Of a stretch of 64,000 nt of DNA, positions 52,567 to 62,209 are shown piece after piece; within the stretch, counting starts at the first letter, position 1, and each line of letters starts with the position of its first letter. Source of the stretch: Phormidium sp. (GTDB lineage: Bacteria > Cyanobacteriota > Cyanobacteriia > Cyanobacteriales > Aerosakkonemataceae). Both the position numbers and the translations under genes were made by a program. The notes beneath the pieces are model-generated. The model did not search any database. It had not been told where the DNA came from and saw only the letters and a program-made list of their open reading frames with translations. Location: NCBI GenBank assembly GCA_051013385.1, contig CP143273.1:800001-864000 (forward strand), written 5' to 3'.

Positions 52567-53772
52567 TTAGATTTTTTGATCGAGGCGAGAGGCTTGTTCT
52601 AAAGCCGCTTTTTCCTTAGCTCGATGAACATAGCGTTGTAATTTGGTTGTATCCCAACCTGTAAGGATGGACAAATTTTGCAAATCTATTCCTCTGATTA
52701 GCATATCCACACACCAGGTTTGTTGAGCTTGCTCAATGTTGGGAGGTTGTCCTTCTGGGGTGAGTAAATCTGCTGTTAATGCTTGCCACTTCTTTTGTAA
52801 CTCTATTTCCGAGAGTGGATCGCCGTTTTCATTAAGAAACAAGGCTGATTGGCGATCTTTGCGACTTTTTAACCACTGGGTTAGGGGATTTCGCTGATAG
52901 GAACCGTAGCGCTTCCCCATAATCCATTGATTGAGGGGAACTTGGCGAATATGTTCTTGTGTGATTTGTAAAAGTTGTTGGTGAGTTTCTTTGATGTAGT
53001 GCGATCGCTCTAACCTTACCACTTCGGTTGCACTCAATCCCGCCCCAAACAAAACATACATTAACGCATAATCTTGCAACCCAACTTTCTTGGCACGTTG
53101 CAGAATTGAATGCACCAAAGCAGCAGGTAAATCACTCACTTTCTCAACAGAAACTATGGGCGATAGAGGTGCTTGTGAAACTGCGCCATGTAAAAACAAT
53201 GTGACTAAATTCTCTAAAAAATCCTCCCGATTTTGCCAAAGTTCATGGAACTCGCTAGTAAACTCAATTACCGCATATCCTAACAACATTCCATTGAGCA
53301 AACTTGCCAATTTTTCTGCTGGTAAATGCGTCTGCAATTGTCCAGTTTTAATCACCGTAGCGAAATATTCAGCAACATAGCGATTGGCTTGCGTAAATCC
53401 TTGACCTAACGCTTCCCGATTTTGGGCGGGGTACTGTCCCGACTCCCCAACTACCGATCGCACTACCTCTGGAATTGCCTCCAGTGCTTGCAAACAAGTT
53501 GTCGCATACTCTTTGAGTGCTTGATAGATACTACTAGCCTGACTTGCCTGTTGGACTAAATTTTGACCCAAATTAGTAAATATACCAGCCTCTTCAATTA
53601 CCGCCAATAACAAACCATGTTTATTCCCAAACTGGCGGAAAATCGTTACCTCATTCACATCCGCCAATTCTGCAATCTGCTTAGTTGTAGTCTCCGTGAC
53701 ACCTTGAACAGCAAATAATTCCAGTGCTGCATGAACTAAACGCTGTCTTGTCGAAATTCGTTGAGCCGCCAT
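52567..53772 (-). CDS. TetR-family regulator with C-terminal degenerate tyrosine-recombinase-like domain
   Basis: TetR HTH (TTTKQIAELADVNEVTIFRQFGNK); C-terminal LFGAGLSATEVVRL, LFLNENG, GIDLQNLSILTGW...RYVH. Confidence 0.85.
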   Translation of the reverse strand: MAAQRISTRQRLVHAALELFAVQGVTETTTKQIAELADVNEVTIFRQFGNKHGLLLAVIEEAGIFTNLGQNLVQQASQASSIYQALKEYATTCLQALEAIPEVVRSVVGESGQYPAQNREALGQGFTQANRYVAEYFATVIKTGQLQTHLPAEKLASLLNGMLLGYAVIEFTSEFHELWQNREDFLENLVTLFLHGAVSQAPLSPIVSVEKVSDLPAALVHSILQRAKKVGLQDYALMYVLFGAGLSATEVVRLERSHYIKETHQQLLQITQEHIRQVPLNQWIMGKRYGSYQRNPLTQWLKSRKDRQSALFLNENGDPLSEIELQKKWQALTADLLTPEGQPPNIEQAQQTWCVDMLIRGIDLQNLSILTGWDTTKLQRYVHRAKEKAALEQASRLDQKI

Positions 53773-53780
53773 GAGTAAAA

Positions 53781-53844
53781 TGTAAGTATCACTTGCAAAA
53801 AATACAAATCGTTGTTAGGCTAATAACTGTAAGTATCACTTGCA
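53781..53844. promoter_or_regulatory. Two identical 17-bp near-palindromic operator-like sites
   Basis: TGTAAGTATCACTTGCA at 53781-53797 and 53828-53844, in the divergent tetR/desC intergenic region. Confidence 0.75.
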
Positions 53845-53972
53845 TTCTCTGCTCCTACTGTAACTACTTTACTTAGCAAATGTAAGTTTTAGTCAGTTTA
53901 GATGGGGTTGAGCGAACCAGTTGTGTCTTGCTTGGCACTGGTTCATTTTTGGCGTGTTAAAAAAGGAAATTT

Positions 53973-54836
53973 ATGACCTTGGATTCGATAAAAACTGCTC
54001 CAGAGAATGGGGAGTCTTTAAAATTAAGTTGGACGAGTGTGGTGTTTTTTGGTGCGGTTCATGCGATCGCTTTTTGCGCCCCCTGGTTCTTCTCTTGGTC
54101 TGCTTTAGGTGTAGCAATATTTCTCCACTGGTTATTTGGCAGCATTGGGATTTGCTTAGGGTATCACCGCCTGTTAACTCATCGCAGTTTGCAAGTGCCT
54201 AAGCCTGTAGAATATGCGATCGCTCTGATTGGCGCTCTCGCATTGCAAGGCGGGCCGATCTTTTGGGTAGCCGGACATCGCCAGCACCACCTCCACACTG
54301 AAGATGTGGAAAAAGACCCTTATTCTGCTCGTCGTGGGTTCTGGTGGAGCCACATGCTCTGGTTATTTTACCCACGTCAAGAATTTTTTGACTACGAACA
54401 CTATAAACAGTTTGCACCAGACTTAGTGCGAGATCCTTTTTATCGCTGGTTAAATAGTTATTTTCTGCTACTTCAGATACCTGTCGGGATTGTGCTATAT
54501 ATTTTGGGCGGTTGGTCATTTGTAATTTACGGAGTGTTTCTCCGCGCCGTCTTGCTCTGGCATAGCACCTGGTTAATCAACTCTGCCACCCACATGGCAG
54601 GATATCGCACATTTGAATCCGACGACAACTCAGGAAACCTGTGGTGGGCAGCCATCCTCACCTACGGCGAAGGTTGGCACAACAACCACCACGCCTACCC
54701 CAATGTCGCCAAAGCCGGATGGAAATGGTGGGAACTTGATATGACTTGGTGGGCAATTCAATTTCTACAAGTCGTAGGATTAGCCAAAAAAGTTATCCTA
54801 CCACCCCAAACCGCAACAGAACAAACCCAGCTTTAA
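53973..54836 (+). CDS. desC: Delta-9 acyl-lipid desaturase
   Basis: His boxes HRLLTH, HRQHH, HNNHH; GEGWH. Confidence 0.92.
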   Translation: MTLDSIKTAPENGESLKLSWTSVVFFGAVHAIAFCAPWFFSWSALGVAIFLHWLFGSIGICLGYHRLLTHRSLQVPKPVEYAIALIGALALQGGPIFWVAGHRQHHLHTEDVEKDPYSARRGFWWSHMLWLFYPRQEFFDYEHYKQFAPDLVRDPFYRWLNSYFLLLQIPVGIVLYILGGWSFVIYGVFLRAVLLWHSTWLINSATHMAGYRTFESDDNSGNLWWAAILTYGEGWHNNHHAYPNVAKAGWKWWELDMTWWAIQFLQVVGLAKKVILPPQTATEQTQL

Positions 54837-55052
54837 GGGAGATGGGGGAATGGGGGGATGGGGAGATTAAATTAAAACTCTCTCACTCAAAACTTTCCCT
54901 GTACCCAGTCCCTCGTCTCCAGTCCCAACTCAAAACTCAACACTCATAACTTAAAACTTTTCTCCCCTCACCTCCCCACCTCTTCATTTTTAAGTTCTGT
55001 TTAACTTCAGTATTTTCTCTAGTACTGTGCTAGTCTATATAAAAGGATTATT

Positions 55053-55125
55053 TTCGGTGGTCAATCGTTTTATGTTTAAAAGCGTTTCTCCGAATCTAAG
55101 TCTCTTCAATGTTTGATTCTGGAGA
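55053..55125 (+). promoter_or_regulatory. Conserved rbp 5'-UTR boxes
   Basis: TTCGGTGG (55053-55060), TCTCCGAA (55087-55094) and GGAG RBS, resembling boxes described upstream of cold-induced cyanobacterial rbp genes. Confidence 0.65.
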
Positions 55126-55134
55126 ATCTAGGTT

Positions 55135-55467
55135 ATGTCAATTTATGTCGGCAATCTATCCTACCAAGTTACGCAGGATGATCTGACTCACGTATTTGCA
55201 GAATACGGCACAGTTAAGCGCGTTCAATTGCCTACAGACCGCGAAACAGGTCGCTTACGCGGATTTGGCTTTGTTGAAATGGAAACCGAAGCAGAAGAAA
55301 CAGCTGCGATCGAAGCCTTAGATGGAGCCGAATGGATGGGTCGTGACCTGAAAGTTAACAAAGCAAGACCTCGTGAAGAACGCGGTAATGGCGGCGGTAA
55401 CAGAAGTGGCGGCGGCGGCGGCGGTTGGGGAAACAATCGCGGTGGCGGTAATCGCCGTAGTTTCTAA
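55135..55467 (+). CDS. rbpA: RRM RNA-binding protein with Gly-rich tail
   Basis: IYVGNL (RNP2); RGFGFVEM (RNP1). Confidence 0.95.
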   Translation: MSIYVGNLSYQVTQDDLTHVFAEYGTVKRVQLPTDRETGRLRGFGFVEMETEAEETAAIEALDGAEWMGRDLKVNKARPREERGNGGGNRSGGGGGGWGNNRGGGNRRSF

Positions 55468-55498
55468 GACCTACGCTGAAGATTAAAATTTTCTAATC

Positions 55499-55535
55499 TT
55501 TGAGGGTAGGTGGTTTTACCTACCCTCAAAATTTT
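55499..55535 (+). terminator. Stem-loop between rbp and rpsU
   Basis: TTTGAGGGTAGGT/ACCTACCCTCAAA perfect 13-bp stem. Confidence 0.65.
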
Positions 55536-55569
55536 GCTAGTTTGCCCAAATAGTCAAAAAGGAGATCGG

Positions 55570-55758
55570 ATGGCTCAAGTAATTATTGGTGAAAATGAAG
55601 GGATTGAGTCAGGATTACGCCGATTCAAACGCAAAGTTTCTCAAGCAGGGATTTTTCCTGATATGAAAAAGAATCGTCACTTTGAAACACCCCTGGAGAA
55701 ACGCAAGCGCAAAGCAATTGCTAACAGTAAGCAAGGAAAAAGGCGTTCCCGTCGTTAA
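55570..55758 (+). CDS. rpsU: 30S ribosomal protein S21
   Basis: [17 protein letters not shown]...HFETP.EKRKRK; AGGAG RBS; start ATG 55570. Confidence 0.95.
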   Translation: MAQVIIGENEGIESGLRRFKRKVSQAGIFPDMKKNRHFETPLEKRKRKAIANSKQGKRRSRR

Positions 55759-55762
55759 TTTC

Positions 55763-56473
55763 TTAGCCTTCCCGCCAAAGGGCGATTCCGCCTAATATCC
55801 CGGAAATATTGGGAACAATTTTCACATTTGGTGGGAGTTCAAAGCTAATTTTATCGGTGTTGCCACCACCAATATAAAGGTAGTCGTAATTAAAAGCGTG
55901 TTCCAAGGAAGCGATCGCTTTTTCTAAACGACTATTCCATTTTTTCTTGCCAATTACATCTAAAGCAGCACGACCTAATTGTTGTTCGTAAGTTTCGCCT
56001 TTCCGAAAACAATGGTGTCCGAGTTCCAAATTCGGCACTAGTTTACCATCTAAAAACAAAGCGGAACCAAAACCAGTTCCTAAAGTAATTACTAGTTCTA
56101 CTCCTTGACCAGAAATTGCCCCTAAACCTTGAATATCCGCATCGTTAGCTACACGCACAGGTTTTCCCAATTTCTCACTTAAGGTAGTTCCTAAGTCAAA
56201 ATTAATCCAAGCTGAGTCAAGGTTAGCCGCCGTACCAATCACGCCTTTTCGCACAACTCCGGGAAAGCCTACAGATACGCGATCGAAGTTACCTTTACTA
56301 GGGGCTAATTCAGCGATCGCTTCAATTACCATATCAGGTTTTGCAGGTTGCGGTGTCTCCACCCGATAGCGTTCAGTCATTGGTGTACCATCCGCATTCA
56401 ACACCATCGCTTTAATGCCACTACCACCAATATCTATTGATAATGTACTAATACTTCCGTTTTGTTCGCTCAT
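55763..56473 (-). CDS. ppgK: ROK family kinase, polyphosphate glucokinase-like
   Basis: IDIGGSGIK; GFPGVV; NDAD; TLGTGFGSALF; PNLELGH. Confidence 0.85.
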   Translation of the reverse strand: MSEQNGSISTLSIDIGGSGIKAMVLNADGTPMTERYRVETPQPAKPDMVIEAIAELAPSKGNFDRVSVGFPGVVRKGVIGTAANLDSAWINFDLGTTLSEKLGKPVRVANDADIQGLGAISGQGVELVITLGTGFGSALFLDGKLVPNLELGHHCFRKGETYEQQLGRAALDVIGKKKWNSRLEKAIASLEHAFNYDYLYIGGGNTDKISFELPPNVKIVPNISGILGGIALWREG

Positions 56474-56583
56474 AGTCCTTAAATTACGTATTAACTCAAG
56501 TTGCTAATTAGTACGTTGTTGCGCTGTCAACGCTCTCATCAAAAGTGGTAATAAGAGCGAAGACAGCGCAACAACATACCTAC

Positions 56584-57510
56584 TTAATTTTGCGTTGTCA
56601 ACGCTCCTGGTACACCGCTGAGAGTACGTTTGGGAGAACAGGTAATAATCATGATTAACAAAGTCAAAATGTAAGGCGAAGCATTAAACAAGTAATAATA
56701 ACCTGTCACCCCTACTGATTGTAAAGCAGGACCGATCGCCTGCGCTCCACCAAACAGCAATGCCGCATACATACACTGTATCGGATTCCAACGGGCAAAA
56801 ATCACTAAGGCAACTGCCATTAATCCTTGTCCGCTAGAAATCCTTTCTGTCCAACTACCAGGATAATAGAGAGATAAGTAAGCGCCACCAATTCCGGCGA
56901 GAAAACTTCCCGCAATAATAGCTAACATTCTCACTTTATTTACAGAAATTCCCATTGCTTTAGCAGCTTCGGGACTATCGCCAACGGCGCGAATAAATAA
57001 ACCCCAGCGAGTTGAACGGAAAAACCATTGCATTACGGGTGCGATCGCTAATCCTAAAATAAACAAAGGACTAATTTGCAAAGCTGCTTTGATTGAAGGA
57101 ATAGCGCTCCAATTTCCTAATTCTATAGCAGGTAATCGCGGTGCAACTGGTTGAATGAAAGCTTTACCAAAGAAAAAGGCAATCCCACTCCCAAAAATAA
57201 TCATCGCAATGCCTACTGCCACATCATTTACTTTAGGTTGTTGCACCAATAAAGCATGAATTAAACCGAGAAACATTCCCGCAACACCCGCCATTAAAAC
57301 ACCCAACCAAGGCGATCCAGTAAGGTAAGATGTGGCATAAGCACTCATTGCCCCTAACAGCAGAGTTCCTTCTAAACCCAGATTAATTTTGCCGCTTTTT
57401 TCCGTTAAGCATTCACCCAAACTGACAAAAAGAAAAGGTGCGCTACCACGAATTGTTCCGGCGATAATTGCTAGGGGAACTCCCCACCATCCAATAGTTT
57501 CTGTTGCCAT
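56584..57510 (-). CDS. ABC transporter permease (BMP/nucleoside type)
   Basis: GE..TEKSG.INLGLEG; RAVGDSP.AA..MGI. Confidence 0.92.
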   Translation of the reverse strand: MATETIGWWGVPLAIIAGTIRGSAPFLFVSLGECLTEKSGKINLGLEGTLLLGAMSAYATSYLTGSPWLGVLMAGVAGMFLGLIHALLVQQPKVNDVAVGIAMIIFGSGIAFFFGKAFIQPVAPRLPAIELGNWSAIPSIKAALQISPLFILGLAIAPVMQWFFRSTRWGLFIRAVGDSPEAAKAMGISVNKVRMLAIIAGSFLAGIGGAYLSLYYPGSWTERISSGQGLMAVALVIFARWNPIQCMYAALLFGGAQAIGPALQSVGVTGYYYLFNASPYILTLLIMIITCSPKRTLSGVPGALTTQN

Positions 57511-57781
57511 ATTCCGATTTTAGATTTTAGATTTTGGATTTTCGATTAAATTGATTTTTGATTACCCGACTCTCTCCTACATAAAGTAATAAGCTGTCAC
57601 GCCTTTAAATCACTTATTGCGATCGCAGGGGAGAATTTAAAACTTAAAACTCTCCAACTCTTCCTAATTCAAAACTCTGTACGGGCGGGTTTAGTACACA
57701 ATATTTGGCTCTCACAAACAATATAAAGGACAAAACCCGCCCCTACAAACTCAAAACTTCCCCAATTCCCAGTCCCCCAAA

Positions 57782-58867
57782 TTACGCTTGAGTTGTCAGA
57801 TTTGTACTTGCTTGTTGCCGGAAACTAGGTTTAAAAAAGGGCAAGCGTCCGTAAAGTGATTCGCTGTATAAAATCACTAGAAATACAATTCCCTGAAATA
57901 CTAAAACTGTCGCATCTGGTAAGTTATGCGCCCTTTGCAAAATCCCACCACTGGCGAGTATTCCTCCGAGTAAAATTGAAACAAAAACTGCGGCAAGGGG
58001 GTTATGTCTAGCGATAAATGCGACTAAAATACCACTATAACCGTAATTAGAATTTAATGATTCATTAGCCCGACCATGCACGGCGGCGACTTCTGCCATT
58101 CCTGCTAAACCTGCACAAGAACCTGCTAAAAAACAAATCATTAATGTGAGTTTTCCTACTGGTAATCCGGCTATTTTAGCGGCTCGAATATTTCCGCCAA
58201 CGGTACGAACGGCAAAACCAAAAGTAGTCCTTTGAATTAAAAAGTAAGCGATTAAACAAGCAATAATTCCGTAAATTAAGCCGTAATGAATGCGCGTTCC
58301 GGGAAAATTTCCCAACATATTAATGTCTAAAATTGGGTAACTGGAGGGTTTATTTAAACTAGTGGGATCGCGCATTGGCCCACCAACTAATTGATTGAGA
58401 AGTGCGATCGCAATATAATTCAATAACAAGCTGCTAATTGTTTCATTAACTCCCCGGTAATAGCGTAAAGCACCCACAGCCATAATCCACAATCCACCAG
58501 CAATTATACTTGCGATCGCCATTGCTGATTGTACTGCGAAAGGGGGGAAAGTGGCGATCGCTAATCCCATTGCGACAGCTGCCAATCCCCCAATTACAAG
58601 CGCTCCTTCATTCCCAATAATTATTAAACCCAACTGAGCAGGTAAAGCCGTACACAGCGAACTTAACATCAAAGGTGCGGCTCTAATTAGTGTATTTTGA
58701 AAAGAAAACCAACTCCCAAAAGCTGCTTTATAAATTGAGCCATAAACCTCAAATGGATTGGCTCCCACAGCTGCACAAAATATCCCAAATATGAACAAAG
58801 AAAAGATTAGTGCAGCCAAAGGAATACAAATCTTTTCTAATTTTACCTGCCAATTTTGTAATAACAC
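57782..58867 (-). CDS. ABC transporter permease (BMP/nucleoside type)
   Basis: IGNEG; GVNETISSLLLNY; G.N..AA..AG; GY.GILVA. Confidence 0.92.
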   Translation of the reverse strand: MLLQNWQVKLEKICIPLAALIFSLFIFGIFCAAVGANPFEVYGSIYKAAFGSWFSFQNTLIRAAPLMLSSLCTALPAQLGLIIIGNEGALVIGGLAAVAMGLAIATFPPFAVQSAMAIASIIAGGLWIMAVGALRYYRGVNETISSLLLNYIAIALLNQLVGGPMRDPTSLNKPSSYPILDINMLGNFPGTRIHYGLIYGIIACLIAYFLIQRTTFGFAVRTVGGNIRAAKIAGLPVGKLTLMICFLAGSCAGLAGMAEVAAVHGRANESLNSNYGYSGILVAFIARHNPLAAVFVSILLGGILASGGILQRAHNLPDATVLVFQGIVFLVILYSESLYGRLPFFKPSFRQQASTNLTTQA

Positions 58868-58900
58868 GCGATCGTCCTCCTACCCAATTGGTAAATTTCT

Positions 58901-60112
58901 TTAACTGGTAATACTACCAACTACACCATCTACTAACCAATTCATTTTTTCTAATTCCACATCCTGCTGTTTATATGCTTTCCCAGATGCCAAAAGTACT
59001 TTACCAGTATTATCTTTCAATTCTCCTTTGTAGATTACCATACTGCCATCCATAAACTTAGCTTTTGCTGCTTCCGCATCTTTCTTCGCTACTTCACTAA
59101 CAGCAGGGCCATAATCAGATAATTTACAAAAACCATCTTTTAATCCACCCCTGACTAAATGAGGAACACCTCCATTCATCAAAGTTTTCCCTTCGCTAAT
59201 CATTTGAACATATTTACTATAAACGCTCGTCCAATCCCATTCTGCACCTGTAAGATAACCTTTAGGTGCTAATTTAGCCTGATTAGCATGATATCCGCAA
59301 CAAAAAATTCCCCGCTTCTCGGCAGTTTCCATGATCACTTTAGGGCTGTCTACATGGCAGGTAATAACATCTACACCTTGATCGATCATACTATTAGTAG
59401 CTTCTGCTTCTTTAACAGGTAAAGACCAGTCACCTGTGAAAATAATTTGTGTAGTAATAGTTGGTTTAATGCTCCTAGCACCTAAAGTAAAACTATTAAC
59501 ATTTCTTAGTAATTGAGGAATCGGTTTAGCAGCAATAAATCCTAATTTTCCTGTCTTAGATGTATGAGCCGCAATAATACCTGCTATGTATTGAGCCTCA
59601 TCAATATAACCAAAGTAGCTACCAATATTTTTCGGGTGTTTACCTCCTTCGTAACGTCCGCCACAGTGCAAAAATTGCACTTCGGGATATTCTTGAGCAA
59701 CTTTAATAATATGCGGATCGAAGTAACCGAATGAAGTCGGAAATAAAACGTTTACTTGATCCTGATTAATCATATTTCTCATCGTTTCTTGAACAGATGT
59801 GGTTTCTGGCACATTCGCCTCTTCCACAGTTTTTACCCCAGCTATTTTGGCAACTCCTGCTTTTCCTTCCGCGTGTGCTTGATTGTAACCAAAATCATCC
59901 TTTGGGCCAACGTAAATAAATCCCATTGATATTGGTTTAGCTGCGTTATTTGGAGATGCAGCACCCGTTGGAGTTGGTGAATTTGTGGTATTTTGTTCTG
60001 CTGTTGGTGTACATCCAGTCCATAGCTTTGAGGTTACGCCAAAGGCAGTAGTTGCTAAAATTCCTCGAATAAGTTTCCGCCGATTTAAGTACAATGAACG
60101 GTTGTTGGTCAT
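58901..60112 (-). CDS. BMP family ABC substrate-binding lipoprotein with Tat signal
   Basis: NRRKLI twin-Arg, lipidation Cys (TGC); GFIYVGPKDDFGYNQAH. Confidence 0.92.
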   Translation of the reverse strand: MTNNRSLYLNRRKLIRGILATTAFGVTSKLWTGCTPTAEQNTTNSPTPTGAASPNNAAKPISMGFIYVGPKDDFGYNQAHAEGKAGVAKIAGVKTVEEANVPETTSVQETMRNMINQDQVNVLFPTSFGYFDPHIIKVAQEYPEVQFLHCGGRYEGGKHPKNIGSYFGYIDEAQYIAGIIAAHTSKTGKLGFIAAKPIPQLLRNVNSFTLGARSIKPTITTQIIFTGDWSLPVKEAEATNSMIDQGVDVITCHVDSPKVIMETAEKRGIFCCGYHANQAKLAPKGYLTGAEWDWTSVYSKYVQMISEGKTLMNGGVPHLVRGGLKDGFCKLSDYGPAVSEVAKKDAEAAKAKFMDGSMVIYKGELKDNTGKVLLASGKAYKQQDVELEKMNWLVDGVVGSITS

Positions 60113-60258
60113 GCTATTTTAGATGTTAGATTTTAGATGTTAGTTTTTGATTTCTCAAATCACTCTCAGGTAAATACTTTACCTCATTGGCTGTGCAAAT
60201 AGATTGAAGCATTGCCCAAATTAAGTAATTGTTGTTTATTATACATTTATCTATTTAG

Positions 60259-60654
60259 TTAGATTTTATTTTGATTGATACTGGCAATATAATTACGCCA
60301 ATTCCCCCAATCTGTAATTTCGCGTTGACCTTCGCAAATTACAGGTTCTCCTAAAACTCCTAAGACTTCTTCTCCATCGGATAGAAGTACTTTTCCAATG
60401 CACAAACCAGGGGGTTCTTGTAATAAGATTGTGGTAATGCTTGGTTGCGGAATTGCCCAAATTTCAAGGCCGATCGCACTTCCCCCACTACTAACTCGAA
60501 TCATGGCTGGATGGCGATCGTCAATTGACCAAAGTCTATAGTTTGGTTGGGTAAAAGCTTCTCTAACAAAAGTAGCTCCCACAGCTAAAAGATTAGGATT
60601 TAGTTCTAATCCCCGCATTAATGTACCATTAACAGCTAGAAGTATATTGTCCAT
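60259..60654 (-). CDS. Stand-alone homologue of the allophanate hydrolase C-terminal (GGCT-like) domain
   Basis: [15 protein letters not shown]...GA.F...T.P.YRL...P.M.R...G..I..E.W...P..L.IGKV.L.DG..V.G...EIT.WG.WR.Y. Confidence 0.8.
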   Translation of the reverse strand: MDNILLAVNGTLMRGLELNPNLLAVGATFVREAFTQPNYRLWSIDDRHPAMIRVSSGGSAIGLEIWAIPQPSITTILLQEPPGLCIGKVLLSDGEEVLGVLGEPVICEGQREITDWGNWRNYIASINQNKI

Positions 60655-60659
60655 ATTTT

Positions 60660-61346
60660 ATGGTTTCTATTCCTGCACAACCTTATAATTATGAATTGCT
60701 GAATTTGCCGAATGTGGCGCTGGTAATTATAGATATGCAGCGCGACTTTTTGGAGCCAGGAGGCTTTGGAGCAGCTTTAGGAAATGATGTTAGCAGATTG
60801 CGATCGATTGTACCAGTCTTACAGCAATTATTAGAAACCTTCCGGCAACTAAACTTACCAATTATTTATACAATCGAAGGTCATAAATCCGACCTTTCCG
60901 ATTGTCCACCCGCAAAAATTAACCGGGGAAACTGTCAATTAAAAATCGGAGATATCGGCCCATTAGGAAGAATTCTAGTTTTGGGTGAACCCGGAAATGA
61001 TATTATTGATGAATTAGCACCATTACCGGGAGAAATAGTCATCAACAAACCGGGAAAAGGTGCTTTTTACAATACAAATTTACCGGAAAAATTGAGCGAA
61101 CAAAACATCACTCATTTAATTTTTACTGGAGTCACAACAGAAGTTTGTGTGCAAACAACTATGCGCGAAGCAAACGATCGCGGATTTGAATGTTTGTTAA
61201 TAGAAGATGCTACAGAAAGTTACTTTCCCGAATTCAAACAAGCAACCATAGAAATGATTCGCTCTCAAGGTGGCATAGTAGGCTGGACAACAAAAGCCGA
61301 AAACCTGTTACAAGCTCTGCAAAATATAAGTCTCAGCATCAAGTAA
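60660..61346 (+). CDS. Isochorismatase-like cysteine hydrolase, triuret hydrolase (TrtA)-like
   Basis: [63 protein letters not shown]. Confidence 0.75.
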   Translation: MVSIPAQPYNYELLNLPNVALVIIDMQRDFLEPGGFGAALGNDVSRLRSIVPVLQQLLETFRQLNLPIIYTIEGHKSDLSDCPPAKINRGNCQLKIGDIGPLGRILVLGEPGNDIIDELAPLPGEIVINKPGKGAFYNTNLPEKLSEQNITHLIFTGVTTEVCVQTTMREANDRGFECLLIEDATESYFPEFKQATIEMIRSQGGIVGWTTKAENLLQALQNISLSIK

Positions 61347-61384
61347 TTCCTGCAATTTATAGCAGAAGGCAAAAGCCAAAAATA

Positions 61385-61476
61385 CCCCTTGTCCCCTTGC
61401 CCCCTTGCCCCCTTGCCCCCTTGTCCCCTTGTCCCCTTGTCCCCTTGTCCCCTTGTCCCCTTGTCCCCTTGTCCCT
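61385..61476. repeat. STRR octamer tandem repeat
   Basis: (CCCCTTGT/CCCCTTGC)n, about 11 copies. Confidence 0.9.
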
Positions 61477-61556
61477 GGAGCCTTCAACTTGGCGGAATAG
61501 CCAAAGTAGTGGTAAAATTGGAGATTGTGTCGATTAAGTAAAACTTTTATCAACCC

Positions 61557-61754
61557 ATGCCAAAAGTAAAAACTCGCAGGTCTGCGGCAAAACGCTTCAG
61601 AACAACGGGAAGTGGCAAGATAGTCCGTCGTCGAGCTTTCAAAAACCACTTGTTACAGCACAAGACAACCAAGCGCAAGCGCGATTTATCCAAGCTGACA
61701 TTAGTAGACGAGCGTGACGAAGGTAACGTGCGTCTCATGCTGCCCTATTTGTAA
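61557..61754 (+). CDS. rpmI: 50S ribosomal protein L35
   Basis: [20 protein letters not shown]. Confidence 0.97.
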   Translation: MPKVKTRRSAAKRFRTTGSGKIVRRRAFKNHLLQHKTTKRKRDLSKLTLVDERDEGNVRLMLPYL

Positions 61755-61855
61755 GTTGGTCATGGTTCATGGACTCATGACCATGAACTATTAATCCAAC
61801 CGAATAGCAAATCTCATCCAAAAAATCAAGAACGAGTCACAATTAACAGCTAACC

Positions 61856-62209
61856 ATGACCAGAGTAAAACGCGGTAACGTTGCTCGCCAACGTCGCAAG
61901 AAAATTCTTAAACTAGCGAAAGGTTTTCGCGGTTCTCACTCGACATTATTCCGCACGGCTAATCAACAAGTAATGAAAGCATTGCGGAATTCCTATCGCG
62001 ATCGCAAAAAACGCAAACGTGATTTCCGTCGCCTTTGGATTGCCAGAATCAACGCTGCGACTCATCAACACGGAATCAGCTATAGTCAATTCATGGGCAA
62101 CATGAAAAAAGCCAACATTGAACTGAATCGGAAAATGTTAGCTCAACTAGCCATCCTAGATCCAGAAAGTTTCGCCAAAGTTGTAGAAGTAGCAAAACAA
62201 GCTAAATGA
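61856..62209 (+). CDS. rplT: 50S ribosomal protein L20
   Basis: [11 protein letters not shown]...[14 protein letters not shown]...[10 protein letters not shown]. Confidence 0.98.
   Translation: MTRVKRGNVARQRRKKILKLAKGFRGSHSTLFRTANQQVMKALRNSYRDRKKRKRDFRRLWIARINAATHQHGISYSQFMGNMKKANIELNRKMLAQLAILDPESFAKVVEVAKQAK

Noticed and set aside
52567..53844. Active recombinase with the 17-bp repeats as recombination sites
   Set aside because: Catalytic Arg and HxxR are missing, and the repeats look like TetR operators only 47 bp apart
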